DNA of 64,000 bases, taken from an uncultured Chloroflexia bacterium (GTDB taxonomy: Bacteria > Chloroflexota > Limnocylindria > Limnocylindrales > CSP1-4). The position numbers and the translations under genes are program-made. The stretch covers positions 1,440,001-1,504,000 of the forward strand of contig CAVPPB010000003.1 in the NCBI GenBank assembly GCA_963707215.1, written 5' to 3'. Shown here one piece after another: positions 49,178 to 59,182 of the stretch (the stretch's first letter is position 1; the number at the start of each line of letters is the position of its first letter). Under the pieces are notes generated by a model. It did no database searches. It was not told the DNA's origin and saw nothing but the letters and a program-made list of their open reading frames with translations.

Positions 49178-50070
49178 GTCGAGGCGTCCGCGAGCGCGAT
49201 CTCCGCCAGGACCAGCGTCCCAGCCGGGCCAGCCATGTCACCCAGGCCCGCCGGAACGAGGTAACCGGCCGGGTCGTGCTCCGGCAGCCCAGGATAGCCG
49301 GCCAGCTGCTCCCGGAGAAAGGTCCTGGCCCTGTCCAGCAGCCCCGGCATCGTGGCGAGTCCACCGCCGACCACCACCCGCTCCGGGGCGAGCGCATAGG
49401 TCAACGAACGAACGCCGGCGGCCAGGTAGAACGCGGCCAGCTCGGCAGCCCGCTCCCGCTCGACGCCTTCCAGGTCCTCGGCCCGGCGACCGAACCTGGT
49501 CGCGATGGCCGGACCGCTGCCCATGCCCTCGAGGCAATCGCCGTGGAAGGGACAGGCCCCTGGGAAGTCGTCGCCCTCGTAGCGCGGCACCGCGACGTGG
49601 CCCATCTCCGGGTGCCCCATCCCATGGACGATCCGTCCATCGACGACCGCCCCGCCGCCGACCCCGGTACCCATCGTGAGGTAGACGAACGACCGAAGGC
49701 CACGTGCGGCGCCCCAGCGTCCCTCGCCGAGGGCCGCGGCGTTGACGTCGGTGTCGAAGCCGACCGGCAGGCCAAGGGCCGCACGCAGGGGGCCGACCAG
49801 GTCGACGCCGCTCCAGCCGGGCTTCGGGGTGGTCATGATCGACCCATACGCGGGGTGATCCGGGCGAAGCTCGAGTGGCCCGAAGGACCCGATGCCGATC
49901 GCCCGGACCGGGAGCCCGGCGTCGACCGCTCGGCGAAAGAAGGCGATGGCTGACGGGATGGTCTCGGACGGATCAGCCACGTCGATGCGCTCGGTCGCAA
50001 CGACGTCGTCCGGCATCGTCCCGACCAGGCAGATGAACTTGGTACCGCCGGCTTCGAGCCCACCCAGCAT
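49174..50070 (-). CDS. ROK family sugar kinase (fructokinase-like)
   Basis: EAGGTKF, GIGSFGP, TPKPGW, DTDVNAAA, GTGVGGG, HPEMGH, CPFHGDCLEG. Confidence 0.9.
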   Translation of the reverse strand: MLGGLEAGGTKFICLVGTMPDDVVATERIDVADPSETIPSAIAFFRRAVDAGLPVRAIGIGSFGPLELRPDHPAYGSIMTTPKPGWSGVDLVGPLRAALGLPVGFDTDVNAAALGEGRWGAARGLRSFVYLTMGTGVGGGAVVDGRIVHGMGHPEMGHVAVPRYEGDDFPGACPFHGDCLEGMGSGPAIATRFGRRAEDLEGVERERAAELAAFYLAAGVRSLTYALAPERVVVGGGLATMPGLLDRARTFLREQLAGYPGLPEHDPAGYLVPAGLGDMAGPAGTLVLAEIALADAST

Positions 50071-50280
50071 CCCGAGCGATCCTCCCTCGTGCACAAGCGG
50101 ACCCGGCGTCGCACGCCGAGCAGGTCCCGCAGCTCCATGGTGCCCGAGCCGACGCACGCCTGGCCAGGGACCCGTCACCGCCGGGCCGGACTGACATGCC
50201 GAAGGACCGGGCGATGGCGCCCGGTCCCTCGGATCGGCGGGTTCGGTCCGCCTGGTGTCAGCGGCCCGGGTGCGCCAGGA

Positions 50281-51375
50281 TCACCGGTCCCGCGGGCTCG
50301 TCGCCAGGCGTCGCGTGACCGCGAGGAGGGCGACGAGGGTCGCCCCCAGCACGAGGATCGCCGGCAGGACGGATGCCCCGCCCGGGGATGGCTCGAGCGC
50401 CGTCGACGTCGGCGGCGGGGTGATCCCGCCGGCAGTCCCGGTCGGGGTCGGCGTCGCCGGGGGCGGCGTCGGGGTGGGCGTGGGTGCGGGCGCGGCGACG
50501 ATCGTCACGTCGAGGGTGGCCGCACACTCGGTGCCGACGGCGGTCCCGGTCACGACCCAGTCGCCGATCTCCGAAGTCTCGGCCGTCCAGGTCCACCACG
50601 ACTCGCCGAACGCGTCGGCGACGTCGTCCTCGACCTGGGGGTCACCTCCGACGGGAGCGAACGAGACGACCATGTCGCCGAACGGCGGGAAGTCCCAGAA
50701 CAGGAGATCGAAGGACTCACCGACCTCGATCTCGAGCGGCGGTGTGAGCTCGCTCTCGCCCATGTAGGCCGTCAGCTCGCAGGTGGGCTGACCGGCGGCC
50801 ACGTAGGTGACGAAGGCGAAGTCGAAGTCGGGGGCCTCGATCCAGTCCGCCTGGCCATACACGAACTCCCAGGCCTGGCCACCTGCATAGCCGGTCGCCT
50901 CACCATAGCCCCACCACCAGGACGGTTCCGCCGTGCCGGCGCTCGACCCGGATGGGATCACGATCGCGATCTCGTCGCTCGAGGCAACGGCCGGCATCGA
51001 CGGGAAATCGAAGAGGACCCAGTCCGCCTCGGTCGGCACGTCCGCTGCCGGGACGGGCGCACTGCTGGCGAGGAGTGCGCCGGTGGGCGTGCCGGCATGG
51101 ATCTCGATCACCAGCGGCTGGGTCGTTGCCGGCGATCGCTCGATCGGCAGGTGGATCGCGACGAGCTGGCCGGTGGTGCCGACCGTGAGCGTCTGGGCGA
51201 GGGCATTGTGGCAGTCCCCCGGAAGCTCCGGCTGGATGCACGCCAGCCCGTCGTACTGGTCCTGGACTTGGTCCTCGAGGACCTCCGCGGAGACCGGGCC
51301 GACCCCCAGGGCGGCCAGGAGTCCGATCGACGCCGTCACGGCGATGATCCGCCGAAGCGCGCTAGCCCGTAGCAC
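50281..51375 (-). CDS. Secreted acidic surface protein with PT linker and C-terminal sorting-like signal
   Basis: GGAGG RBS + GTG, signal peptide ending VSA; PTPTPTPP linker; TPPPTST, TM helix, RR tail. Confidence 0.75.
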   Translation of the reverse strand: MLRASALRRIIAVTASIGLLAALGVGPVSAEVLEDQVQDQYDGLACIQPELPGDCHNALAQTLTVGTTGQLVAIHLPIERSPATTQPLVIEIHAGTPTGALLASSAPVPAADVPTEADWVLFDFPSMPAVASSDEIAIVIPSGSSAGTAEPSWWWGYGEATGYAGGQAWEFVYGQADWIEAPDFDFAFVTYVAAGQPTCELTAYMGESELTPPLEIEVGESFDLLFWDFPPFGDMVVSFAPVGGDPQVEDDVADAFGESWWTWTAETSEIGDWVVTGTAVGTECAATLDVTIVAAPAPTPTPTPPPATPTPTGTAGGITPPPTSTALEPSPGGASVLPAILVLGATLVALLAVTRRLATSPRDR

Positions 51376-51505
51376 CGGTAGCCTCCACGGGACGCCTCCG
51401 GGTCGCTCCCTCCTCGTCTGCGCGACGCCGCCGAGCGCGACCCTGGCTCGCGGCATCGTCGTCCGTGGCAGTCCCGACGTCACGGTCGACCCTGCACCTG
51501 TTCGT

Positions 51506-51530
51506 GACGCCGCTCGCCGAGATGTGTTGC
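51506..51530 (-). promoter_or_regulatory. ECF-type promoter GCAAC-N16-CGTC (copy 1)
   Basis: Minus strand GCAAC acatctcggcgagcgg CGTC upstream of the surface protein. Confidence 0.6.
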
Positions 51531-51595
51531 ACCTGCGACCAGGACGTCGCCTCGATGCGCCATCCGATCGCACCGGGCATGGCCGGGCGCAGTGC

Positions 51596-52456
51596 TCAGA
51601 ACCCCAGCTCGGCCCGGTAGGCCAGGGCCATGGCCTGGTAGCCCTCGGTGTTGGCGTGGAAGTCCTTGCCCCCGGTGGTGCAGGTCCAGGTCCAGTCGCA
51701 GATGCGGGCGACGTTCAGGGGCACGAGCTCCGGGTAGGGCGGCATCGGGACCTGGGTCGCGAAATCCGTCGTGGAGAAGACGCCCTGGATGTCCGCCACC
51801 GGGATGCCGTGGGAGGCGTAGATCCCCTCGACCATCGCGTTGATCGGGACGATCGCCCCGAACACGGACAGCTGAGCCAGCGCCCGGGCCTCCGGCGTCC
51901 CTTCCAGCCAGTACACGAGGAATGGGTCATAGATAGTCCCGCCGACGATCGGCACGTCCGGCCCGGCAGCCTCACGGAGGCTCGCGAGGATGCCCGGCAG
52001 GTTGGCCGCGATCCTCGTCGCTCCAGGCTCGATGCATTCGAGCCCGGTCTGGCAGGGGAAGTCATTCCAGCCCAGGTCGATCGTGATGAACGCGACGAAC
52101 CTCTGGTGAGCGTGGAGGAAGGCAAGCGCCTCGTCCAGCTGCGAGCCGTGCGGATAGTCGCAGATGCCGCCCGTCACGAAGGTCTCGGTGGACTCGCCGG
52201 GACAGCCGAGCTTGACGTGGCGCAGCTTCGGGAACTCGACGCGGGCCATCGCGAACAGCTGGTCCGGATAACCCTGAGCGGTCCGGTACAGGTCGTCGGG
52301 GTCGCCGATCGGCTGCTGCCCGGCCGCCAGTGAATCGCCCAGCGAGAGGTAGTACTGCATGGCATGGTCTCCGCTCGCGCCCGGGGCGGCCGCGGAGGGT
52401 CCCGCCACGCCGATGGTAAGTGCGAGCGCAGCCACGACGGCGAACATCCGGCGCAC
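51596..52456 (-). CDS. Secreted SGNH/GDSL hydrolase
   Basis: Signal peptide; YLSLGDSLA, GCPGES, DLGWND, DFHAN..GY. Confidence 0.9.
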   Translation of the reverse strand: MRRMFAVVAALALTIGVAGPSAAAPGASGDHAMQYYLSLGDSLAAGQQPIGDPDDLYRTAQGYPDQLFAMARVEFPKLRHVKLGCPGESTETFVTGGICDYPHGSQLDEALAFLHAHQRFVAFITIDLGWNDFPCQTGLECIEPGATRIAANLPGILASLREAAGPDVPIVGGTIYDPFLVYWLEGTPEARALAQLSVFGAIVPINAMVEGIYASHGIPVADIQGVFSTTDFATQVPMPPYPELVPLNVARICDWTWTCTTGGKDFHANTEGYQAMALAYRAELGF

Positions 52457-52508
52457 CGCTCTGCTCCTGCCGTGCTGGGCACCGCCGTGGCGCCCGTCCG
52501 GGAGATGC

Positions 52509-52533
52509 GACGCGGTGGGAGTCCGGTCGTTGC
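52509..52533 (-). promoter_or_regulatory. ECF-type promoter GCAAC-N16-CGTC (copy 2)
   Basis: Minus strand GCAAC gaccggactcccaccg CGTC upstream of the SGNH gene. Confidence 0.6.
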
Positions 52534-52583
52534 AGCCGCAGCAGCGCCCGGCCCGAGCCGGCGCGGTCGAGTAGTCTCGGCCC

Positions 52584-53906
52584 GTGGTCATCCCGATCGC
52601 TGGGCCGCCTCGCCGGGTCGTGCGGGCGAACCGCTCGGCGGACCGGCTGATCGCCCTCGGCGCCATCGCCGTCGCGGTGGCCTCGCTCATCGCCGCCCTG
52701 GCCTCGACGCTCCTGCCCCCCGAGGTCCGGCGCGGGGCGTGGCTGCCGCTCCACCTGGCGATGGCGGGCGCCGCGACGACGGCGATCGCCGGGGTCATGC
52801 CCTTCTTCTCGGCGGCACTGGCGGCAGCACCCCCGGCGTCGGCGACCCTCAGGTCGGTGGCCGTCGTGGCCGTCGTGGCGGGTGGATGGGCGGCGGCGAT
52901 CGGCGTGGTCGGGGCGTCGTCCGGTCTCGCGGTCATCGGCAGCATGACGTACGTCGCCGGGGTGAGCCTGACCGGCGTCGCAGTGATCGGGCCACTCCGC
53001 CATGGGCTGGGGCCCAGCCGGGGCCTCGTCACCGTGGGCTACGTCGGGGCGCTCTGCTCGGTGGCCATCGGAGCGAGCCTCGCGATCGTCTACCTTGCCG
53101 GCTGGCCCCCGCTGCTCGAGGCCTGGGCACGGGCGCGGCCGGCCCACGCCTGGCTGAACGTCTTCGGCTTCGTTTCGCTGGCGATCGCGACGACCCTGCT
53201 CCACTTCCTCCCGACCGTCATGGGAGCGCGGATCGTGCGACGCCGGAGCGCCGTGGTGGCGGTGGTCGGCATCGCCGGTGGCACCGCGCTCGTGGCCGCG
53301 GGCAGCCTGATCTCCCCGGACGCCCCCGAGGCCGCGGACGCGATGGCGCGCATCGGTGCCGTCGTGGCCCTGACCGGGTCGCTCGGCCTGGCCGTCTACG
53401 CTGGGCGGACCTGGCAGGCCCGTGCCCGCTGGACGTCGGACGCCGGGTGGCATCGCGTCGCGATGGGCGGCCTGGTCTCGGCCATCGCGTGGTTCCTGGT
53501 CGGCGTGGCGATCGGCGCCGGTCGGATCCTCGTCCACGGGGCCGACCCGGCCGGCTGGGCCTTCGAGGCGGTGGCAGGACCGCTCATGGTCGGCTGGGTC
53601 GGCCTCGCCATCGTCGCGTCAGCCACCCACCTGGTCCCGGCCGTCGGGCCCGGCAGCCCGGTGGCCCACGCACACCAGCGGGCGATCCTCGGCCGAGCCG
53701 GCACGACGCGGCTCGTCGCGATCGATCTCGGGGTCGCGGCCCTGGCGATCGGCCTGCCGACCCACGCGGTACCGCTGGTCGCGGTGGGGACGCTGCTGGT
53801 GGCGCTCGGGCTCGGCCTGACCGCGGTCCTGATGGCGACGGCGATCGCCGTCGGGCTGTCCCGGGAGGCGGTCCCCGGGACCGGACGGCCTAGGCGGCCT
53901 GGGTGA
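52584..53906 (+). CDS. His-containing polytopic membrane protein (about 12 TM; NnrS-like/copper-oxidase-associated type)
   Basis: WLPLHLAMAG, HAWLNVFGF, LLHFLPT, THLVP; TAGTCT 6 nt before GTG. Confidence 0.6.
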   Translation: MVIPIAGPPRRVVRANRSADRLIALGAIAVAVASLIAALASTLLPPEVRRGAWLPLHLAMAGAATTAIAGVMPFFSAALAAAPPASATLRSVAVVAVVAGGWAAAIGVVGASSGLAVIGSMTYVAGVSLTGVAVIGPLRHGLGPSRGLVTVGYVGALCSVAIGASLAIVYLAGWPPLLEAWARARPAHAWLNVFGFVSLAIATTLLHFLPTVMGARIVRRRSAVVAVVGIAGGTALVAAGSLISPDAPEAADAMARIGAVVALTGSLGLAVYAGRTWQARARWTSDAGWHRVAMGGLVSAIAWFLVGVAIGAGRILVHGADPAGWAFEAVAGPLMVGWVGLAIVASATHLVPAVGPGSPVAHAHQRAILGRAGTTRLVAIDLGVAALAIGLPTHAVPLVAVGTLLVALGLGLTAVLMATAIAVGLSREAVPGTGRPRRPG

Positions 53907-56236
53907 CCAGCTCCGCGACCGTATCTTCGCCGAGCGAGTAGTAGAGCTCCTCCTCCTGGGCCATGTGGAGCCGCAGGATCGCGTCCAGACCGTAGAGCGC
54001 CCGCCGGAGGTCGGTCCGGTCGTCCGGGGTGGGCCCCTCGACCGGCAGCTCGGCGACCAGGCCGTCGTAGAGCCGGATGAGATGGAAGATCTCAGTGTGG
54101 GTGCGATGGAGCGCGGCGGTGGCGTCGTCGCTGCCCAGGGCGGCCGCGAGCGTCGGATAGACCGCCCGGTCCTCGGCGATCTCGTGGGGCACGAGCGTGT
54201 CGACGAGGAACTCCCGGATGGACATGAGCTCGCCCATCGCGTCGGACGCGGGCATGGTGTCGAGCCGGTCGGCGATCCCGCGCAGCCGGGCGATCCCGGG
54301 GGCGAGCTCGCGATGCTCGGCCGTGAGGCGCTTGCGTGTCTCGTCCCAGCCGGCGATCCGGATCGGCCGCTCCACCCCGCCTCTCAGGGCCCGAAGCGCG
54401 TTGAGGATCACCACCACGTCGATGGCCTCCTGCAGCAGGGCACCGGCGACGACGGGCAGGAATCCGAAGGCGGCCAGGAGCATCGCCGCGAGCGACATCC
54501 CCATCCCCGCGACGACGCTCTGGATCGCGATCCGGCGGGAGTGCCGAGCGATCCGCACCGCCTCGGCGAGGCGGTCGAGACGATCCACGGTGATGACCAG
54601 GTCGGCGGCCTCCGATGATGCCGTCGCCCCGCGGGCGCCCATGGCAACGCCAACGTCGGCCGCCGCCAGGGCAGGGGCGTCGTTGATCCCGTCGCCGACC
54701 ATGACGAGGGGGCCGTCGGCGAGGTCGCGCTCGGCTACCACAGCGTCGACCTTGTCGGCCGGGGTCCGGTCGGCCAGGACCCCGTCGAGCCCGATGGCCG
54801 CCCCCACGAGCTCGGCGACCGAGTGGTGGTCGCCGGTCACCATGAGGATCCGCGAGAAGCCCGCCTTGCGCAGCGACCGGACCGCTCGCGGCGTCTCGGG
54901 ACGGACCGGGTCGTCCATGACGAGGGCCCCGGCGAGCTGGCCATCGACCCGGACGAAGACATTGGTGGCGCCTTCAAGGGTGGCCCGCCGGCGGAGCTCG
55001 CGGGCCCAGGCTGGCAGCGGCCCTCCGGCAGCGGCGAAGCCGGCCGAGCCGACGGCGACCTCCCGTCCGTCGACACGCCCGGTGACCCCGGCGCCGGGCA
55101 GCTCGGTGACGGCCTCAGGGACCGGCAGGATCAGCCCTCGCTCTCGGGCCGCGTGGACGATGGCCGCGCCGAGCACATGGGGAGACGCTTGCTCGAGGCC
55201 CGCCGCCAGGCGCAGGATCTCGCCCGGGTCACCGTCGGCCGCCTCGATCGTCGCGACGTGCGGGCGACCGGCGGTCAACGTACCGGTCTTGTCGAACAGG
55301 AGGACCCTGGCTCGACCCAGGGTCTCGAGCGGGCCACCGCCCTTGACGATGATCCCCCGGCGCGCGGCTCGTCGAGATGCCGGCGACGATCGCGATCGGC
55401 GCGGCGAGCAGCAGCGGGCACGGGGTCGCGACGACGAGGACCGCGAGCGCCCTGATCGGGTCTCCCGAGATGAGCCAGGCGAGGCCGGCGACCGCCAGGG
55501 CCAGGGGCACGAAGAGGATCGCGTAGCGATCGGCCAGGCGGACGAACGGCGCCTTGGAGCGTCCTGCCTCCTCGACGAGGCGGACGATGCCCGCGTAGGT
55601 GCTCTCCTCGGCCGTCGCGATGACCTGGAGGTCGAACGGGCTGCCTGCGTTGACGACGCCGCTGCTGACCGTGTCGCCTTCCTCACGGGTCACCAGGCGG
55701 CTCTCACCGGTCAGGGCGGCCTCATCGAGGATCGCGGGGGCACCCCGGACGACGCCGTCCACCGGCACGACCTCGCCAGGGCGGACCAGCAGGCGATCGC
55801 CGGGCACGACCGCGCCGATCGGCACGGTCGCCAGTCCTTCGTCGACATAGCGGTGGACGTCCTGGGGGGCCCGACCCAGGAGGGCGGACAGCTCGCGCTG
55901 GGCACGTCCCTCCGCATACGTCTCCAGGGCCTGGCCCGTCGCGAGCATGACGCCGATGACGGCTGCCGCGAATGCCTCGCCGAGGGCCAGGGCGCCGCCG
56001 ATGGCCAGGATGGCGATGACGTCCACGCCGGCCTTGCCGCCGATGAGGTCCCGGACGATCGAGATGGTCAGGTCGGCACCGACGACGACCGCGGGGAGGG
56101 CCCAGGCCCAGAACGCCAGGTCCTCGCGGCCGACCCACGTGAGGACGAGGCCGACGACGAGACCGACGACGGTCAGGACGAGCAGGCCGACCTGACGTAG
56201 CCACGAGGTCGCGGTGGCGATGGCGCCGGTGCTCAC
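53890..56236 (-). CDS. P1B-5-type heavy-metal P-type ATPase with C-terminal hemerythrin domain, frameshifted near 55365
   Basis: TGES, ATPCP, DKTGT, GDGIND, QEAID; C-terminal EH..HEIAED..HRTH..HMAQEEE. Confidence 0.85.
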
Positions 56237-56368
56237 CCGAAGAGGGTAGGCCAAGGCCGCCGTCGGCGATGGCTGCCGCTCGGCACGGCTGGGTGTGCCG
56301 AGCGGCCCGGGCCGTGCATCGGGCGACCGCCGGACCTCAGTCCGGACGTTCCGTGGGGCGGTCTCTTT

Positions 56369-56399
56369 ATTGGACTGTCTCCAATCTGGTTGCTACCAT
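56369..56399 (+). promoter_or_regulatory. Fur/PerR-type inverted repeat ATTGGA-N5-TCCAAT with extended -10 TGcTACCAT
   Basis: Palindrome 56369-56385 in an AT-rich patch; -10 at 56394-56399 upstream of dps. Confidence 0.6.
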
Positions 56400-56437
56400 C
56401 GGCCGGACCACAGCGACCGATATCTCCGGAGGACACC

Positions 56438-56899
56438 ATGACGACCATGACCCAGCCCGCTCCGAGCGAGACCATCACGTCCGCGCTCCAGGACAGTCTC
56501 GTCGAGCTCATCGACCTGTCGCTGCAGGCGAAGCAGTACCACTGGAACGTCGTCGGGCCGCAGTTCCGAGCGGTCCATCTGCAGCTCGACGAGATCACCG
56601 ATGCGGTCCGCCTGGCATCCGACGACGTGGCCGAGAGACTGTCCGCCCTCGGCGTGCCGCCGGACGGGCGCGTCTCGACGGTAGCCGACACGACCCCGAT
56701 CCCGGCGGTGGGGGCCGGTTGGCAGCGTGACGGGGACACCGTCGAGCAGATGGCCGAGCGGCTGACGACCGTCGCCGGCGAGCTGCGTCGACGAGCGATC
56801 GAGATCGGCGATAGCGACCTGATGTCACAGGGCATCCTCGTCGAGATCGGGACGGCCCTGGAGAAGCAGGCCTGGATGCTGCGCGCCCAGGTCGCATGA
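56438..56899 (+). CDS. dps: Dps DNA-protecting ferritin-like protein
   Basis: KQYHWNVVGPQF..VHLQLDE, DDVAER, LEKQAWML; GGAGG RBS. Confidence 0.95.
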   Translation: MTTMTQPAPSETITSALQDSLVELIDLSLQAKQYHWNVVGPQFRAVHLQLDEITDAVRLASDDVAERLSALGVPPDGRVSTVADTTPIPAVGAGWQRDGDTVEQMAERLTTVAGELRRRAIEIGDSDLMSQGILVEIGTALEKQAWMLRAQVA

Positions 56900-57336
56900 C
56901 CGTCGACCCGGCGGCCCGCCTGCGCGGTGCCGGCCTGCGGGTGACCCTGCAACGGATCGGGATCCTGGAGGCGATGGCCGAGATCGGGGGCCATCCGACC
57001 GCGGACCAGATCCGCCAGGCCCTGGCCGACGACGGGCGGGCGGTGCCCCGGGCCAGCCTCTACCACGCGCTCGGCACGTTGTCGGCCGCCGGGGTCCTGA
57101 TCGTCGCCGATGCGGGGCCGGGCACGGCCCGCTACGAGCTGGCCAACGAGTGGCACCACCATCTCGTCTGTCGGGCCTGTGGGTCCATCAGCGACGTCCC
57201 CTGTGCCCAGGGCTCGGCGCCGTGCCTGGAGCCGGACCTGGACGGGGTCCGGGTGGACGAAGCACAGGTCATCTTCCGCGGTCTCTGCGCGTCGTGCGCA
57301 GCGTCGAACGGGATCAGATCGAGCCGATCCGCCTGA
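56896..57336 (+). CDS. fur: Fur family regulator, FurA/PerR-like
   Basis: LRVTLQR, HPTAD, HHHLVCRACG, DVPC..APCLEP, FRGLCASC; ATGA overlap with dps. Confidence 0.9.
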   Translation: MTVDPAARLRGAGLRVTLQRIGILEAMAEIGGHPTADQIRQALADDGRAVPRASLYHALGTLSAAGVLIVADAGPGTARYELANEWHHHLVCRACGSISDVPCAQGSAPCLEPDLDGVRVDEAQVIFRGLCASCAASNGIRSSRSA

Positions 57337-58162
57337 TCAGGGGCCGACCTCCATCGGCCGGGCGGGCGGGCGCGTTGACCTCGTCCCGCCAGGCCAGCCA
57401 GGCCGCACCGCGCTGGACTCCCCAGTCCGGGCCGTTGAAGCCGAGGGTGAACTGGCTGAAGCCCATGGCGACGTAGGTCGGAGCATCCTCGTCGAGGAAC
57501 CGCTCAAGGTCGTCCGGCTCGACGCCCACCGCCCACTCGATCTCGCTCGGATCGCGACCGATCTCGGCGCACCAGCCCCGCAGCGCCTCCACGGCGGGCT
57601 CCAGTTCGTCCGGCCGATCCGGGAACGCCGCGTGCCAGGCGTCGGCATGGCGGGCCACCAGCCGGAGCGTCCTTCGGAGCCCCGTGCCGGCGATGAGGAG
57701 CGGCATCTTGCGCATCGGCGGCGGTTCCAGGGCGGACAAGCGGTCCTCGATGACCGGCAGGGCGTCGCCCAGCGAAGCAAGCCTCGAGCCGAACGTCCCG
57801 AACTCATAGCCATAGGCCTCGTAGTCGCGACGGAACCAACCCGCACCGACGCCCAGGATCGCCCTCCCGGCGCTCACGTGGTCGACGGTCCGCGCGACGT
57901 CCGCGAGCAGGTTCGGGTTGCGGTAGCTGTTGCAGGCGACGAGAGGCCCGAGCTCGATGCGATGCGTCGCCTCGGCCCAGGCAGCGAGCAGGGACCAGCA
58001 CTCGAAGTGGGGTCCGTCCGGTTCTCCGTAGAGCGGGAAGAAGTGGTCCCAGGTGTAGACGATGTCGTAGCCGAGTCGCTCGGCCTCGACGGCTGCGTCG
58101 CGGATGTCTCGATACGTGCCGTGCTGGGGGTGAAGCTGGGCGGCGATGCGGATGGGACGCAC
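57314..58162 (-). CDS. LLM-class probable F420-dependent oxidoreductase
   Basis: QLHPQH, WDHFFPLYG, HFECW, CNSYRNP, GAGWF..DY. Confidence 0.9.
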   Translation of the reverse strand: MRPIRIAAQLHPQHGTYRDIRDAAVEAERLGYDIVYTWDHFFPLYGEPDGPHFECWSLLAAWAEATHRIELGPLVACNSYRNPNLLADVARTVDHVSAGRAILGVGAGWFRRDYEAYGYEFGTFGSRLASLGDALPVIEDRLSALEPPPMRKMPLLIAGTGLRRTLRLVARHADAWHAAFPDRPDELEPAVEALRGWCAEIGRDPSEIEWAVGVEPDDLERFLDEDAPTYVAMGFSQFTLGFNGPDWGVQRGAAWLAWRDEVNAPARPADGGRPLIRRIGSI

Positions 58163-58190
58163 GGGTCGACTCCTCGGGCGGTGTCGGCAT

Positions 58191-58221
58191 ATCGTGAACC
58201 TTCCTTCTGCAGGAAGGTCAA
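58191..58221 (-). promoter_or_regulatory. MerR-type promoter TTGACC-N19-CACGAT with dyad ACCTTCCT-N5-AGGAAGGT
   Basis: -35 at 58216-58221, -10 at 58191-58196, 19-bp spacer, perfect 8-bp inverted repeat 58198-58218. Confidence 0.8.
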
Positions 58222-58237
58222 GGGGTATCCTCGGGGG

Positions 58238-59095
58238 ATGTTCCGGATCAGCGCCTTCGCCCGACTCGCTGGCGTATCGGCCAGGATGCTCCGGGCCTGG
58301 GACGAGCTCGGGCTGTTCAGGCCGGTCTGGGTGGATCGCTCGAACGGCTATCGCTACTACTCGCCGGCGCAGCTGCCCGAGCTTCGACGGATCCTTGCCC
58401 TACGCGACGTCGGTGTGCCACTTGCCGAGCTGACCGAGCTCGTCAGCGGCGGCGCGGACCTGCGAGCCATCCTGGAGCGCCGTCGGTCCGAGCTCGAGCG
58501 TGAGCGGCTCGAGATCGAGCGTCGACTCCGAGCGCTCGAGATCTCCGTGGAGACCATCCCGGCCGACGTCACCGACCCGGCGGCTTCCCGGATCGACGGG
58601 ATCGGGGCAGCTGACCGGCTCCGACCTGCCTGGGACGTGGTCGTCCGTCCGGTCGCCGCCGAGCGAGTCGCGACGTACACGCTGGGACCGATGGCCCTTG
58701 ACCTGGGACCGGCCTTCTACGAGCTGGAGGCATACGTCCGAGACGCGGGGCGTCGCGCCCCGCGCCCGCCCGGGTCCATCGTCGGATCCGATGGTCACGA
58801 CCGGACGATCTTCGTGCCGGTGACCGGACCGATCGAGCCGCGTGATCCGATCGGCTGGCGCACGCTGCCGGCCTGCCGTGCAGCATCGGTCATCCACCGG
58901 GGCAGCTACGAGGGACTCGCCGAGGCGCAGGGTGCGCTGGTGCGCTGGGTCGGTGCGGCGTCCCTGTCACCCGCGGGCGCGATCCGGATCCTCTACCTGC
59001 AGTTCGGTGCCGAGCCCGAGCTCCGAGTCCCGCCCGGCTATGTCGTCGAGCGAGCCGACGACTTCGTGACCGAGGTGCAGCTCCCCCTGGCGTGA
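58238..59095 (+). CDS. MerR family regulator with GyrI-like effector domain
   Basis: FRISAFARLAGVSARMLR.WD..GL, GYRYY; HRGSYEGL, VTEVQLP. Confidence 0.9.
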   Translation: MFRISAFARLAGVSARMLRAWDELGLFRPVWVDRSNGYRYYSPAQLPELRRILALRDVGVPLAELTELVSGGADLRAILERRRSELERERLEIERRLRALEISVETIPADVTDPAASRIDGIGAADRLRPAWDVVVRPVAAERVATYTLGPMALDLGPAFYELEAYVRDAGRRAPRPPGSIVGSDGHDRTIFVPVTGPIEPRDPIGWRTLPACRAASVIHRGSYEGLAEAQGALVRWVGAASLSPAGAIRILYLQFGAEPELRVPPGYVVERADDFVTEVQLPLA

Positions 59096-59182
59096 AGGGC
59101 CGTGTCATCGGCTGATCCCGGGTACGGGGGTCAGGGCGCGTGGCAGGGGCGCCTCGCTGGGAGGCGTCGCGCCCGCCAGTGA

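Noticed and set aside
55340-55390. Programmed frameshift in the P-type ATPase
   Set aside because: No slippery heptamer seen; one of many scattered indels, best explained by sequencing error
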